Shown one piece after another: positions 37,418 through 50,268 of a stretch of 64,000 bases of DNA; position 1 is the first letter of the stretch, and the number at the start of each line of letters is the position of its first letter. Source of the DNA: Fonticula alba ATCC 38817 (lineage: Eukaryota > Protista > Nucleariida). The position numbers and the translations under genes are program-made. The DNA lies in the NCBI GenBank assembly GCA_000388065.2, contig KB932209.1. The stretch is one strand, 5' to 3'. The notes under the pieces are model-generated. The model had not been told where the DNA came from, did not search any database, and saw nothing but the letters and a program-made list of their open reading frames with translations.

Positions 37418-37769
37418 CTACTGGAGCTCCAGGGGCAGGGTATCCGCGGCCTTGATCTGGGCAATGGCGCCCTGGGCGGCGTCAACGCGCAACCGCAGCA
37501 GCCGCAGTCGCGCGCTCAGCTCATTGTCCTGTTGCTGCGGGCGCCGATGCGTCGAAGAGACACGGCCAGAGTGGGAGACAGAGAGCAGGGGGGCGGGGCA
37601 TGGTCGTCAGTGGCAGGGAGGAGGGAAGTAGGAGCTGGAGGGAACAGGAAGACCGCGCAAAAGCCGCAGGGGGAGGGTCAGAGAAACGCACGCGCTGGGA
37701 GGAGGCGGCATGAGCAAAGAAGATGAGCCCAGCCGCGACGAAGCCGCTGGTGAAGTTCCGAAGCAGCAT
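37418..37769 (-). CDS. 64-aa two-exon microprotein with an N-terminal hydrophobic helix and an amphipathic or coiled-coil C-terminus
   Basis: Exon 1 at 37692-37769 (MLLRNFTSGFVAAGLIFFAHAASSQR). Intron 37535-37691 with a GTGCGT donor and CCCGCAG acceptor, phase 0. Exon 2 at 37418-37534 (QQDNELSARLRLLRLRVDAAQGAIAQIKAADTLPLELQ*). Codon usage is typical for this genome. Confidence 0.65.
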
Positions 37770-40501
37770 GCCGAGTAAAGAGAGAGGGGGGGGGGGGGGA
37801 GGGGGGGAGAAGACGGTGCGGGAACACTAGTCGGCCTTGCGATTCCTCAGGCGTCGGCCACGAAGGAACGGGGGGTAGGAGATGACGTGGTAGAAGATCA
37901 GAGGGGAAAAGCCGCCGAGAACAAACTTCACGAAGGAGGGAAACCGCATCTGTGCGATCGCTCTCTAAGTGAGGCGGAGGGCAGGAACGGGGGGGGGGTG
38001 GGGGGGGGGGCACAGGTGCAGGATGTCGCGAGATTCACCCCACCGCCAGGCGGGGAGGGGGCCTTTGGGATCAGTCCTGATGTTGCCCGCATCACGCACC
38101 ACAAGGGCGAGAGGAGTTCGGGTTCCCTCCCCGCACACGGGTACACACACACACACACGCACACACACACACACACACCCGTACACACTCGAGCACGTAG
38201 GCACGACGGAAAACCCTGCAAACATGCTTCTCGCCGGATTCGGGAGGACGCGAATTCGGCCGCGCCCCGGGCGGTGTGACTTCCCACGGCGGGCATGTGA
38301 CCCGCGGTGCTGGGCGCGTGAGTGCCGACGGCCTCCCTTGCTTTCAGGGCCGGGCAGGGCACACGGCGGCGGTGGGCTTAATTGACCTGGCGCGCTCTGG
38401 GGCCTGACAGATGGTGTTGCATCGGGCATGCTCGCCGCCCTGGGGGTGATGGCGTTGGCCCCCCTCCGCTCGGGCGTCCCCTCACAATGCAAGGCGGGCC
38501 GTTATGTGTGCCCGAGTCTCAGAGGCGGAGCTGTCCCCGCAGTGCCTTTGGATAGGGGCGGCCGAACAACCAACAAAGGAGTCCGGCGGGCGGCAGGGCC
38601 GCGCCTCAAGCCACGCAGGCACATCGGCGGAACTGCCGACGCTTCGCCAGGATGTTCCTGCGCCCCATTGTCAATCCCGCGTCGGCTGCAACGCGGCCGG
38701 GGGGCGGCGGCCACGGCTCTGTGTCTGGGCGAGGGGGGCGGGGNNNNNNNNNNNNNNNNNNNNNNNNNNNNNNNNNNNNNNNNNNNNNNNNNNNNNNNNN
38801 NNNNNNNNNNNNNNNNNNNNGGGGCCGGAGGCACGCACGCGTGGATGTGCAATAATGCCGCTTCCGCGGCCGCGCCTCGGGACCGGTCCTGCGGGTCGGT
38901 GGGGGGGGGGGTCATAACAAGGAGCCGTCCCCAGGGCGTGACTGCGCGGGCGCTTCACGCATCAGTGGTGCAGGTGCGGGGACTGTGTGTGTGCGCGCGC
39001 GCGCGCGCACATACGCCACTACGCAGCCAGGTGTCGTGGGGACAGCCTGGCGCACACGTCCCTCCGGCGCGCCCCGGCTTGGCCCCCCTGCGTCCTGGCC
39101 AGGGGCGCCCGGGCCCCAGGAAGGGCATGCGCTCACGAGAGCAAGTCCGGGTCAGCACCTCTTAGGAGGTTCGCGCGATCTTGCCGAGCTGGCAGGCGCG
39201 CCGGAGATTGCACCTTCCCCGGCGAGCACCACCTCGGGGCAACCATCCACCGGACCTCGATCCCCGTATTCGCCAGCATGGATGTGCGTGCGTGTGTGTG
39301 TGCGTGAGCGAGGCCAGGCGGGGCAGGACCGGGGAGTGGGGCGCCTGCATGTTTGATAGCCGCCGTGACAGATGCACACTGCGCTGGCAGAGGCCGGCGC
39401 TTGAGGCGGGCAGAATAAACACCCCCGTGTCTGCGGCTGACACACGGCAATCTGACCGGCGGCCCACCCCCGGCTAGCCCCTGCCAAGGTGTAGCGCAGT
39501 TCGCCCGGCGCCCGGTCGGCTCGGTGCCCGCCACCCTGCTGGCCGGGCGCCGCCAGCGCGCCAGTCCCCATGGTTGCAGGCACAGCCAGCCGGCGGGCCG
39601 GCCCGGCCCCGCCCCCCGACTGCTGGCTGGCGACGCGCCTTATTCAGGTGGGAATCTGGCGAGCCTGAAACGGATGCGCTCCGCGGAGCCGGCGCCCCAC
39701 AGCTGAACCCAGGCGCTCGGGCATGCGCCTCGGAGCGGGCATGTGCTTGCACGGACCCCGAGCAATACTCACACTCCCAGTGGTCGGGGTGGGGCACGAA
39801 TCCGGTTTCCGCTCCTGGGCCTTGAGCCAATGCTCCTCTGCCCCGGGCCCGGACCCCAGGGGGGGGGGGGGAGGGGGGGGGACGGGGGCGGGGGCGCTCG
39901 AGATCCTGCCACTCCGGGGCGCTTCTTTCTCGCCACCGTTCCCGCTTCAGGCACCCCCTCAAGCGCTGGCCTTTGTTCCCCGGGCTGTGGGGAGTATTTC
40001 CGCTTGGCCAGATCGGGTCTGCACGCACGCACGTACACACATACACACACTGGGCGGGACTGGTGCATGTCCTCTGCCGCGCCGTGCCCCCGACTCCGGT
40101 GCCCCTTTCTCCCAATACTCCCGACACCCGGGATCCTTCCCGCGGCCGAGTAGCAGTATTCCCCGGCCTTTGTTCCTCCCCGTCTATTTTCCATTCTGCA
40201 GATCGCTCCCCCCCCCCCNNNNNNNNNNCCCCCCCCACTTTGCCTCCCTCCTCTCCCTTTGTCACTTCTCCGCTCCCCCCTTGCCTTCGCCGCCCCCCCC
40301 CATCCTCCCGTCGTTGTCCTCGCACCTCGCCCGAGTGCGTGTGCGGGTGCGACTCTCCTCTTCCCCACCTCCCCCGGGCAGCGTGTCGGCCTTTCACCGG
40401 CACCCGGTCCCCCAAGCAGGCACGTGCCGTCTTGGCACCGGCTTTCCCGGCCCTTGTGTCCTCCCGGTGCGGCTCAGCCCCCTACCCTCCTGCACCGGGA
40501 C

Positions 40502-40791
40502 ATGCTGCTCCGGCTGCTGTACCCGACATCGGACTCCTACGATGACATCTCCTCGCTGGAGTACCTGGTCGCGCACTCGTCCTCCACCACCAGCGAGCTC
40601 TTCCCGGCCGAGCCCCAATCACCCGGGATCCACACCGCATATGGCCCGGCCCGAGTCCAGCAGGCGGCGGCCGCGGCGGCAACCTTTGCCCTCGAGCCGG
40701 AATCCGACGCGTCGCGCTGGCGCTGTGCCGTCATCTCGGCCGTGGTCATCGGGCCGGATGTCTTGCTGAATCCGGCGGCCACCCCCCGGTC

Positions 40792-40835
<44 letters not shown>

Positions 40836-43195
40836 CCTCACCGACCCTCATCCGGCACCGGTCCCGGGCATCCTCCATTTGCAGTGACTCAAGTGGGCGG
40901 TCTTTGGCCACCCCGACCCCGGGCCCCGGGTCACCGGTCCCTGGGATGGCCGGATCCCCGCGCGCCGACCCGCTGCCGGACCTGGGCCCCCCGCTGCAGT
41001 CACCGCACCAGCACCACCACCTGCAGGCACATCAATTGCTGTTATCGCCCACTTCGCCGGGGCCAGGGGCCGTGGCCGCTGCCGGGGGCCGTCGGGCCTC
41101 CTCGGCCTCCGGCCGCTCGGTCGGCTCGGCTCGCAGCCCTCTCGGTGGGTCTCGGGACTGGGGCCTTGCCAGCGATCCGGCGGCCCGGGCAAAGCCCCGT
41201 CGGCATCGGTGGATCGCCGTGGTCAAAATGGCCGACGGCACACAGCAGACCATGTACCTTCGTCGGCCGGCATGCGCACGCATCGAGCGCCTGATCTTGT
41301 CGCTTGCCGAGAATGATGACCAGCGCCGAGCGCTGGCCGCCTCCTCCGGCCGTGCTACTGGCCGGGTGCCTCATGGCTGCCCGCCGCCGGTGACCGGCAT
41401 GGAGCAGTCCCCGCCGAGCTACCTGCACCAGCTGACCGACTTCCTGGCCAGCATGCCGGATAGCGGGGCCAGCAATGGCGAGGCACATCCCCTGGTGCGC
41501 CTTCGCCGGCAATATGACGCATGCGTGGCGGCCGCCACCGGGGCCACCGACACCGACACCGACACCGACAGCAAGGCCCCGGCTTCCTCCGGGCCGGCCG
41601 CTGCCCCACTCACCATGGACGATGGTGCTGGTGGTAATGTCAGCATCATCGGCGATCGATCGGCCGCGGTGGCAGGCTCCGGGCCGGTCGGCAATGCGAC
41701 TGCCCCCGCAAGTGCACCTGTCCCGGCGCCATCCGGGCGCGACGAGCACCGCCGCACTCAGCCGGCGGTCCTGAGCAAATTCGGCCGGCTCTTTGGCATC
41801 CTGACCACCGATCCCGGGAGCGAAAGTGACGACGACCAGATCCCCACCTCGGTGGCAGCGGCCCCCTCCCCGGCAGCGGCCACCACTCGGCCAGCCCAAA
41901 CCCTGCGCGACATCCAAGCCGCCAATGCCGCCACCGCGCGGCGTCTACTCCAAAGCCTGTCGCCCTTCCATCTGTCCACCGAGCCGGCTACCCTGCTGGA
42001 TCCCGACTGGCAGCTGGTCGAAAGGGACCAGGACTCGGTGCCCTTCCTGCCGGCGTCCCAGGCACCCGGGCAATCACTGCGCCTGGCCCAAAATGAGCTC
42101 CTGGACTTGACCATGGCACATGTGGTATCGGGCTTGCGTCTGCCACAGACGCATTCCCTGTGGCTGGCACAGTCAACCAGCCGGCGAATCAGCCAGCAAG
42201 CCCGGCGTCTGAACCAGTCGGTGGCCACGGCACAGACGCGTGTCGGTCGCCTGGAACGCCGGTTGCGCCTCCTGCGCGGGGCCTTTGTTCGGGTGATCAT
42301 CGGCTGCTGCTCGTCCACGGCCTTCCTCGGGGCCGGGAAGCCCTGTCCATACCGGCCGTCGCGGTACTTCTCCCGGCGGGGTGCTGGCGCTGGGGCCGGG
42401 CGCCGGCGATCCATCGAGGCCATCCTGCAATCATCGCAGCAGGCCAATGCCACAGCGCATGCTGGCGGCGCCGGCCGGCCGCGCACCGCCCGGCGCGAAT
42501 CCATCCTGGACTCCACCGAGCTGGCCGAGCGAAATGCCTGCACCCGGGGCCCGGCCCTGCGTGGGGCGCCCATGGGGCTGCTTTTTGCCATGTTGAGCCG
42601 CCGGTCGACCGCTGGCACATCGCCGCGTCTGGTTGATCTGGCTGGCGGCCAGCCGAATGACCTGCTGGTGGATGCCGGGACCTCCTTGGACACCGACATC
42701 GACGAGCTGAACACCCTGTTGGAAGCGGCACAGGGCGTGGTCGACGGCCTGCGCGACCGGTCGGCCCCCATCAGCACCGGGCCCGGGCGAAGTGCCATCC
42801 CCTCCCCGGGCTCGCGCTCTGGACGGATCCGGCCCGGCCGCGGAACGGTCTCCGAGGCAACCACCCTGACTCCGGCCCAGGCCTGGTGGCTGCATTGTCT
42901 GTGCGACTGCATCACGCTCACGCTGTCGGCCAAGATCGACGGCCCGGCCCTGGTGTCGAGCCTGAGCCTGGATGAGGAGGACTTCATGGCCCCGGGGCGC
43001 GATGGGGAGACCGTGTGCTCGCGCGAGGCGGCGCACCTACTGTCGCTGGCTCGCCTGAAGCGGGACCTCATCTTCCGGGCGATTCTCGTGTATCAGGAGG
43101 CTCGAGCGGCCATTCGGACGGAGCTCCGCCGCCGGGCGACTCCCGGTGCCGCTGGCACCAGTCCCCTGGGCGGGGTGGGTGCTGGCCTCGGCCCT

Positions 43196-43227
<32 letters not shown>

Positions 43228-45538
43228 TTCGGGCCCCCCCTCACCACGGCGCTTGTCCCCGGCGGGGGGGCCCACCGCCGGGAGGCGCCCGGCAGCCAAT
43301 GACACCAAGCTCATCGCCTCGCCACAGAGGTCGCCTCAACAGCCCTATCAGTCGCAGGGCTCGCAGACGTCCCAGCCGTCACAGCAGTCCCCCTTGTGGA
43401 GCATGTTCTTCGATCGTCGAAGTGGTGGGTCCACCACCACCATCAGCAACAGCGGCAGCAACAACGGCAGTGGCAGCTCGACGCCCTCCGCGGCATCCTC
43501 TCCCGCACTCCTGCCCGATGCGCCATCGGCGCTGGTCGCTGGTGGGGCCCCGTCGGATCGCGGGCTCACGCCTGTGCCCAGCCTCAAGAAGACCCTCTCC
43601 GGCTTGCAACTTTTCTCCTCTTCACAACCGCCGCCGCCGCCGCCGCCGCCGCCGCAGCCGGGCGCCAGCGGGTCGCTCAATCTCCTGGCCAAGTCCCCGC
43701 CGGCCACCTCGACCAACCTGCTGCCCTTGAGTGCGAGCACCCGGCTGGCCATGGGAGGCGGCGCCTCGGCCGGCCCCACGCCACCAGGCTCGTCGCTCGG
43801 CTCGCCGGCTGGAATGTCCCCTGCACTGGGCGGGACTCCGATGCCGGTGGCCGGCCAAGTGGTCCCCTTTTCCCTCCCCCAAAAGTCCCCCCCCTCAACC
43901 AGCGCCTCGCTTCTGATCTTTTCCGGTCACCCCGCCTCGGGGAATGATCCCCTGTCGCCGAGCCAGGGCCAAGCTTCGAACCCCCCTGCGGCGACATCGG
44001 CACCGGCTCTGGTTTGCCCGCCGGAGGAATCGCTTCTCGCCGCGGCCTTGACCCTGCCGTGGGACCCTCCAGCGGAGATGGAGGCCTCCCCCTTGCCTGG
44101 CTCGCAGCTCCCGCCACCGGCCTACCTGGGCACCCAATCCTCCCCGGCCTCTTCGTCCGGCTCGTCCGGCTCTTCGAGCTCGAGCTCGAGCTTCGACTTT
44201 GATCTGTTGCGCCTGCTTCGTCGGCATCCAGCCCCGAATTTGTCCACCGTGCAGGAGTCCCCTCATGAGGTGGACCCCTTGGCCGGGGGGGCCAATGTCA
44301 CGCGGTCGATGGGCATCCCCACCCCCGGGGGGGGAGCCTCGCTGACCGGGTCGCCGCTTCTGGATGCCGCCCTGTCCAGCTCGCTCTCGGCCACACTGGC
44401 GGCACGACCCCCGGCACCCGACTTGCCCACCCTGTCATCCTCCCTGCCGACAGCCATGTCACCGTCCTTTGTGCAGATTACGGCCGCGGCGGCGACCTCC
44501 CCCCCGGTTGAGGGGGAATCCGGGGCCGACCTGGCCGACCTGCCGGATCAACTGGCTCAGGCCGAAGTTTTCCACCCACTGGTGGATGACATCTTTGTGC
44601 GCTTTGTCACCTACCGGGAAGAGCTCCTGCGCACACGCAAGGCTGTCAACAATTTGCGCACCTCACTGGCCACCATGGCCACCATGGCCACCGAGATCAG
44701 CGGCGCCTTCGAGAGCCTGGAAGACGAAACCGATGTCGCCCGGAATCAGCTCGTGGCGCGCCAGCTCCAGCGCATTTCCTCCTCGGCCTCCTCACTTTCC
44801 GCTCCCGAGCCTGGGCCGTCTTCCGGCGAACGGGCACCGGCCTTCGTCACGGGGGCCACGCCCTCGACTCCGCCGCGACCCGGGGGCGGCACTGTCGACT
44901 GGGACCCGGCGCTGGATGAGTCGCGCTCCGGCACTTCAGTATCGGCCACTGGCAGCCCGCCATTGCCCTCCAGTTCGACGGGCCTGGCGGCCTCGCCGGC
45001 CACCGGCGCCACCCCTTCGTGCGATCCTGTGCGCTCGACCGACGAGAAGTTCTCCCCGATCAAGCTCCATCGCGGGGTGACCCTGGCCCCGCTCGATCCG
45101 TATGCCCTGCTGAGTGTGCGCGCCCCGCAACTGATGAACCAGGTTACCATCGCCGCCATTGCCAAGGCCCCGGACTCGGTGCTGTTGGCCGGGCGAAGCA
45201 AGCCCCCAATTCAGGGACCGCCGCCGACATCCAAGGCAGAAGCTGGCGTGCCTCCTTCCCCGAGACCCGAGGGCGTGGCAACGCCCCCCAAGTCGGGGGA
45301 CCTGCCCCCGTCCCAAGTGCCCCGGGTGGATCATGCCCTCGCGCCGGCTGCCCAAACCCCCTCGCCGCCTCTCATGGCCGGCCGGGTGCTGGACTCGGCG
45401 TCCGGACGCCTGGCGCACATTCCCGCGCCACTCGCCGCAGTGCGAGGCTCTCCCTCCCCCCCGGCAATGGGATCACCCTCGGAGCCTCTGCCCGGGCATC
45501 GGTCACAGGACCCCGCCCCCACCTCGGCTGCCTCATAA
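40502..45538 (+). CDS. Large (about 1678 aa) apparently single-exon hypothetical protein with helical/coiled-coil islands in Ser/Pro/Gly/Ala low-complexity sequence
   Basis: Uninterrupted 5-kb ORF with GC3 bias from ATG 40502 (MLLRLLYPTSDSY) to TAA 45536-45538. Coiled-coil-like stretches include RRISQQARRLNQSVATAQTRVGRLERRLRLL and YREELLRTRKAVNNLRTSL. Confidence 0.82.
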
Positions 45539-45969
45539 TCCCCGGGCCTCTGGCTGTTGTTGTCCGACCCCCCTCCGCCCCCTTCCTCCCTCTTTCCTTG
45601 GCCCATAACTCAGTATCTGGGCGCTTCATGCGATTTTGACTGCTCGCCGGCCGGCCGGCCATGCCCTCTTCATCCATGCACACCCTCTTCTCACATTTTT
45701 TCCCTTGACCCTCCTTTTGTCTAGACTAGCAAAATACATGTGCCTCCAGCCGCCTACTCTGCATCACCTTCGCTGCCAGGCTGGCCACTGCAAATGGCCT
45801 GCGCCAGTGGGCCGCCCACGCTGTGCAGCAGAGACTGTCTTCTGCTGCCGGGGGCAAATGCAAATGATCAAAGGGGGTGGAGGGGGAGGGGGGGCTTTCA
45901 TTTGCCACCCAGTACATTCGGAACACCGGGTGGGCAGGTACTTGGCCGCAAATGACCGGCACATGTCGC

Positions 45970-48900
45970 TCAGAGCCCAAGGCCGAAGATCAGATCCGAG
46001 ATCCGCTCGGCAGATGCCACAGCGTCAGACTCGACATCGGGCACTGATTTGGCCTGCGCCCATTGTAGGAGCTCTTGTGAGGCAGCCTCCAGATCTCGGA
46101 GATAGATCGTGTCACATTCTGTGATTCGAGGTGGGGCCAGGGGGTGCAAGGGGGTGAGGATCGCCGAAGGGGGAAAGCAAAAGAGAGGACGATCACGGAG
46201 GAAAAGGCAAACCAATGGGGGGGGGGGGGGGTGCGCCGGGAGGGACGGAAGCCCGCACATACCCTCATCAAGGCCGAGCCATTGGCGGACAATCCAAGAA
46301 ACATACTGTGTCGGGTCGCGGGAAATGGCCGCGGTCATCGGAGGGCAGTCGTCTCTTCTGGCGGTGTCCCAGGTGCCGGGCTCCGGGGTGGACTCGATGT
46401 GCAGTGCCAAAAACTGCCCCAACGTTTCGAGGGCCAGGGCCGAATACGGGGACGTCTTGGCCTCGGCGGCGAGGCGATCGACAAACAGCCGCATTTGGGC
46501 CCAATCCCCATCGGCCAAGGCATGCAGCTCCCCGATGTACCGATATGCGAATAGGGAGACCTGAAGGCAAGACCGCCATCCCGGCACATGTGTCAGTGAG
46601 TTGGACACCCGACGAGGGGCACACAAGCAGAGGAGAGTGTGTGTGTGGGTGTGTGTGGGTGGCGGAATGCCATCGCGCGAACCTTCCCACGGGACTCGGA
46701 AAGTAAGCCCTCCAACGCGATGGAGGGGTGAATAGAAAAGGCGTGTGAAGCATGTCCCGACCCGGTGGACGACGAATAGGGACCAGTGCTCGACGATGCG
46801 GCAGGTGGGCTGAAGTATGACCGGGAGGTCTTCTCCGAGAAGAGCCGCACGAAGGCGCGCAACTTTTTGGCCAGCACATGGCAGTCCTTCCACACAGGAT
46901 GCTTACTGCCTGCCAGCCATTGCGACTCTGGGGAATGAGCAAGGGGTGGCCTGTTAACAGGGGAGGACAGGAAGGAGAGGCGAGAGGGAGGGAGGGAGGG
47001 AGGGAGGGGGGGAAAGAAACACCAACAAACACAGAAGCACAGGAGCATAGGAAGAAGGGAGGAGCACGCAAGAAGCCGGGCAAAGACGCCGCGGACGCAC
47101 CAGCAGCCACCAGGAACATGGGCTGCCCGGCCAGGGAGATGGGCAACTGACCGCCCGCTCGCCCGGCAAGATCACTAGCCGCCGGCCCCGGAGCTGGCCA
47201 GTGGATGTGGAAGACCACCGGCCCAGGGGCAATGGTCAATGGGGCGATCAGCGGCTGAGGTCGGGCGTGGGTCTCCCAGCAAGTCGCAGGGTCGGCCTGG
47301 GTCTCGGCCTCGGGCAGAGCGGCCGCAGGATCTCCCGCGCCCAGGCCGCCCAAGGAGGCGGCCTCCAGCGCCTGGCGATGAAGCGATTGCGACAGGAGTG
47401 AGGCGCCATCGCGTGGCCCACCGGGAGTGGGCATCGGCCCCGGCAGCACGGGGAGCGCATCTTCCGGCACACCGGCCTCATGGGAAGAACCGACACCGGT
47501 TGGCTCCATTGACTCACCACCGGCGAGGCCCAAACTGGGGCCAGGATCTGTGCCCGCCAGGGGGGCCGGGATTCCGGAAGGCTTTTCCGGCGGCGGCGGC
47601 GCCGGCGCCGGCGAGCGAGGAAGACGCTCGAAGGTGCAGTAGTTCCGCGCTCGCGCCGCGCAATTTGGCCGCCGGCTGTTCGGCGTAAAGTCGGACGTCT
47701 CGTCAAAGACAAAGGAAGAGTCGAGGATCTGATAGAAGCTACATCAGGCACCCCATGACCGACCGAGCGACATGAGAGGGGGGAGGGGGGGGGGGGTCAG
47801 AAACGGATGTCAACACAAGATGGGCGGGGAAGAGGACACGGCCGCCTCCAAGGCCGAAAGTGGGCTGGAAGGTGACGGCCCCCGGGACCGGGGGGGTTGT
47901 CCCTTCAGCAATGGGGAGCGGGAAGAAGAGCTGAGAAAAGTCGGTGAGGGGCTGCGGCTGCGGGTGGGGGGGCGACAGGGGGGGGGGGGGGGGGGGGGGG
48001 GGGCAAGAAGAACAGACGGCCAGGGTAGGCACCTCAAAATGTCCTGGAAGAGGGACTCCTCGGCGGCCTCGCGGGCCAGTTGAGCCAGGGACAGGTTTCG
48101 ATGTCCGTCCTTCGAGGTGACGCCCTCACCGGCGGCCATGGCACGGATGACAATCGGCCTCCCGGAAAAGCCGGCATACAGGAGGGCACTGAGTGTGGCG
48201 GACATGTGCGCTTGGCAGATGACACGCCGGATGGGATCGATCTTTCGACCACCGAAAGGCAAGAGGGGTACAGGTGTCAGGTGTAGCGAGCGCAGGCGGA
48301 GGGTGTCGACATAGGGGGCGGAGGAGGGGGGCAGAGGGGCAGGGGGATGCTGGGAGCAAGGGAGAGAGCGCCAGGAGGAGGGGGGGGGGGAGGAGCAGCG
48401 GAGGCCTGACGCACACAGATATCGAACCAGAGGCCCGCCAGCTGGCGAACATGCTCAATCCGGTGATTGCGGCAGGGAGGCGGTCTAACCAGCGATCCGG
48501 CCGGCAGGCCGCGGTAGTATCGGGCCATGGTCGGGGCGGATGCCTCGGCCAGGAGATCCGAATGTTGGGCCACCAGGTCCACCGTGCTAAGGAGACCATC
48601 ACCAAGGGCCCCGCCGGGCTGCATGGACAGGATGCGCGCCATGAGCGGGCTTAAGGTCACGCGAGAAGAGGCACCCTCGCCGCTGTTGCCGTTGCTGCCA
48701 CCCTGGCGGATTGAGTGGCCATCCAGACAATCGGCATGGCTTTCGCTGGAGCCGGGCCAGAAGAACTTCCCCTGCTCAATGGCTGTCGGGTCGAGCTTGG
48801 CCTCCTCCTGCTGGGACATGATCAGCAGCTGGACAAGCAGGTCAGAGTACTCATCGAGGGACTTCCGGAATGTGTGGGCAGGTTGAGACAGAGAGAGTTA

Positions 48901-49750
48901 AGGAGCACCAGTGGGAAGCACAAAGGGAGACGCAAAGGGGGCGGGATCGCCCTCGGCAGCACAGAGGGGAGGCCCAGGCATGGATGTCGGTGCTCGGGGA
49001 AACCTCTCTGGCTTCCGGGGAGGGGCGGAGCCGGGGGCAGGAGGCCCGCGTGGACAGACACTAAGAAGGATATGGTTCGAGCTCGGTCGGCGAGGTGGTC
49101 TCCGAGAAGAAACAGATGATGTGGCCCTGACAAACGAAACCACGATCGGTCAGAGCACGCAAGAGACTCCCGGATTCGGTCGGCGCGTTGACCGACCGGA
49201 TGAGTCGGTAGTAGAGAGTGGCCGAGTAAGGCAGCCCCCCGGGGCCCGGGTCGTCGTCCTGCGGCAGGGACTTGATGACGCTCTGGCCAACAGTCAAACC
49301 TCGCTCGATCTCCCCCACGATGAATCCCTTGATGAGGGCCAGTTTGACGAATTGCTCCGGCTCCGAGGGGTTCAGCGAAGTCAGGTACAGGTCCAGCAGG
49401 AAGTCCTCGCTGGCGGTTTGCGAGGAATCGAAGAGCTCATGCACCGAGCCAGGCTGTGTGGATGGGGGGGACTCGGTTGGGGGGGCTCCCAAGTGGTCCG
49501 TGGCTTCGCTGCTCGCCGGGGCGACGGCGTCGCAGGCCAGGCTGAAGGCGCTTGGCAGGTCCACGGGCCGATCGGCCGTCGACAAGGGAGCCGCCAGTTG
49601 CTGGTGCTTCTGCAGGTGCCGGTGCTGCAGCGGCAGCATGGCGCTCAGAGGGCGCACGGGGTTGTAGCTGAAGATGACGAATCGGGCATTGGGCGAGGCC
49701 CCGAGTGGGGCGGGGCCCTCAGACTCGGAGCGTGGTGGGAACTCATCCAT
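45970..49750 (-). CDS. C17orf75: Probable Njmu-R1/C17orf75 homologue (WDR11-FAM91A1 complex subunit). Multi-exon.
   Basis: Collinear blocks resemble the recalled human protein: ARFVIFSYNPVR ~ SHYCLYSYRGSR; EDFLLDLYLTSL ~ DDFSLSLADTNL; ATLYYRLIR ~ VGCYYCLFQ; HIICFF ~ YVVCFL; TFRKSLDEY ~ LFRLELDKY; spliced WFDIC|IDPIRRVI...TLSALLYAGFSGRPIVIR ~ WFEDVVCPIQRVV...LTFLLHAALSYTPVEVK; KKLRAFVR ~ NNLKRFIR. The human sequence is from memory and was not searched. Confidence 0.72.
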
Positions 49751-50268
49751 CGCACCGTGACCGGGTCAGAGGGGGCTGGAGAAGAGGGGCCCGGGAGAGG
49801 ATTGCCCGAAGAGAGGGAAGCGGGGGGNNNNNNNNNNNNNNNNNNNNNNNNNNNNNNNNNNNNNNNNNNNNNNNNNNGGGGGGCACACACAGAACCCGGC
49901 CGGGACACAGGCGGCCGCGCCGTCGAATGTAAAGGACAACGAGGGGGCTAGAGTGCCAACCCTCGCGGGTATATTGTACAAGGGGCGACAGGCGTGCGCG
50001 CGCGCGCGCACACACACCGGCCCAGCTGCTCTATGTGGTGTGTGTATGCGCGTGTGCGCGTGGGGTGGGGGCGCGCATGTGCGTCGCCGTACATGTGCGC
50101 GCGTGCAAGGGGCGTGTGTGTGCGGCTGCGCGCGGCGGCCCATTTCCGACGGAGGGCGCCATGCCCCACCGGGCCGAACAATGTACAAGGCCAGCAGCAG
50201 CAGCAGCAGCAGCAGCGGCAACAGCGGGGGAGAGCAGGGTGCCGGCCCATCGGCCACGCCTCGGCACA

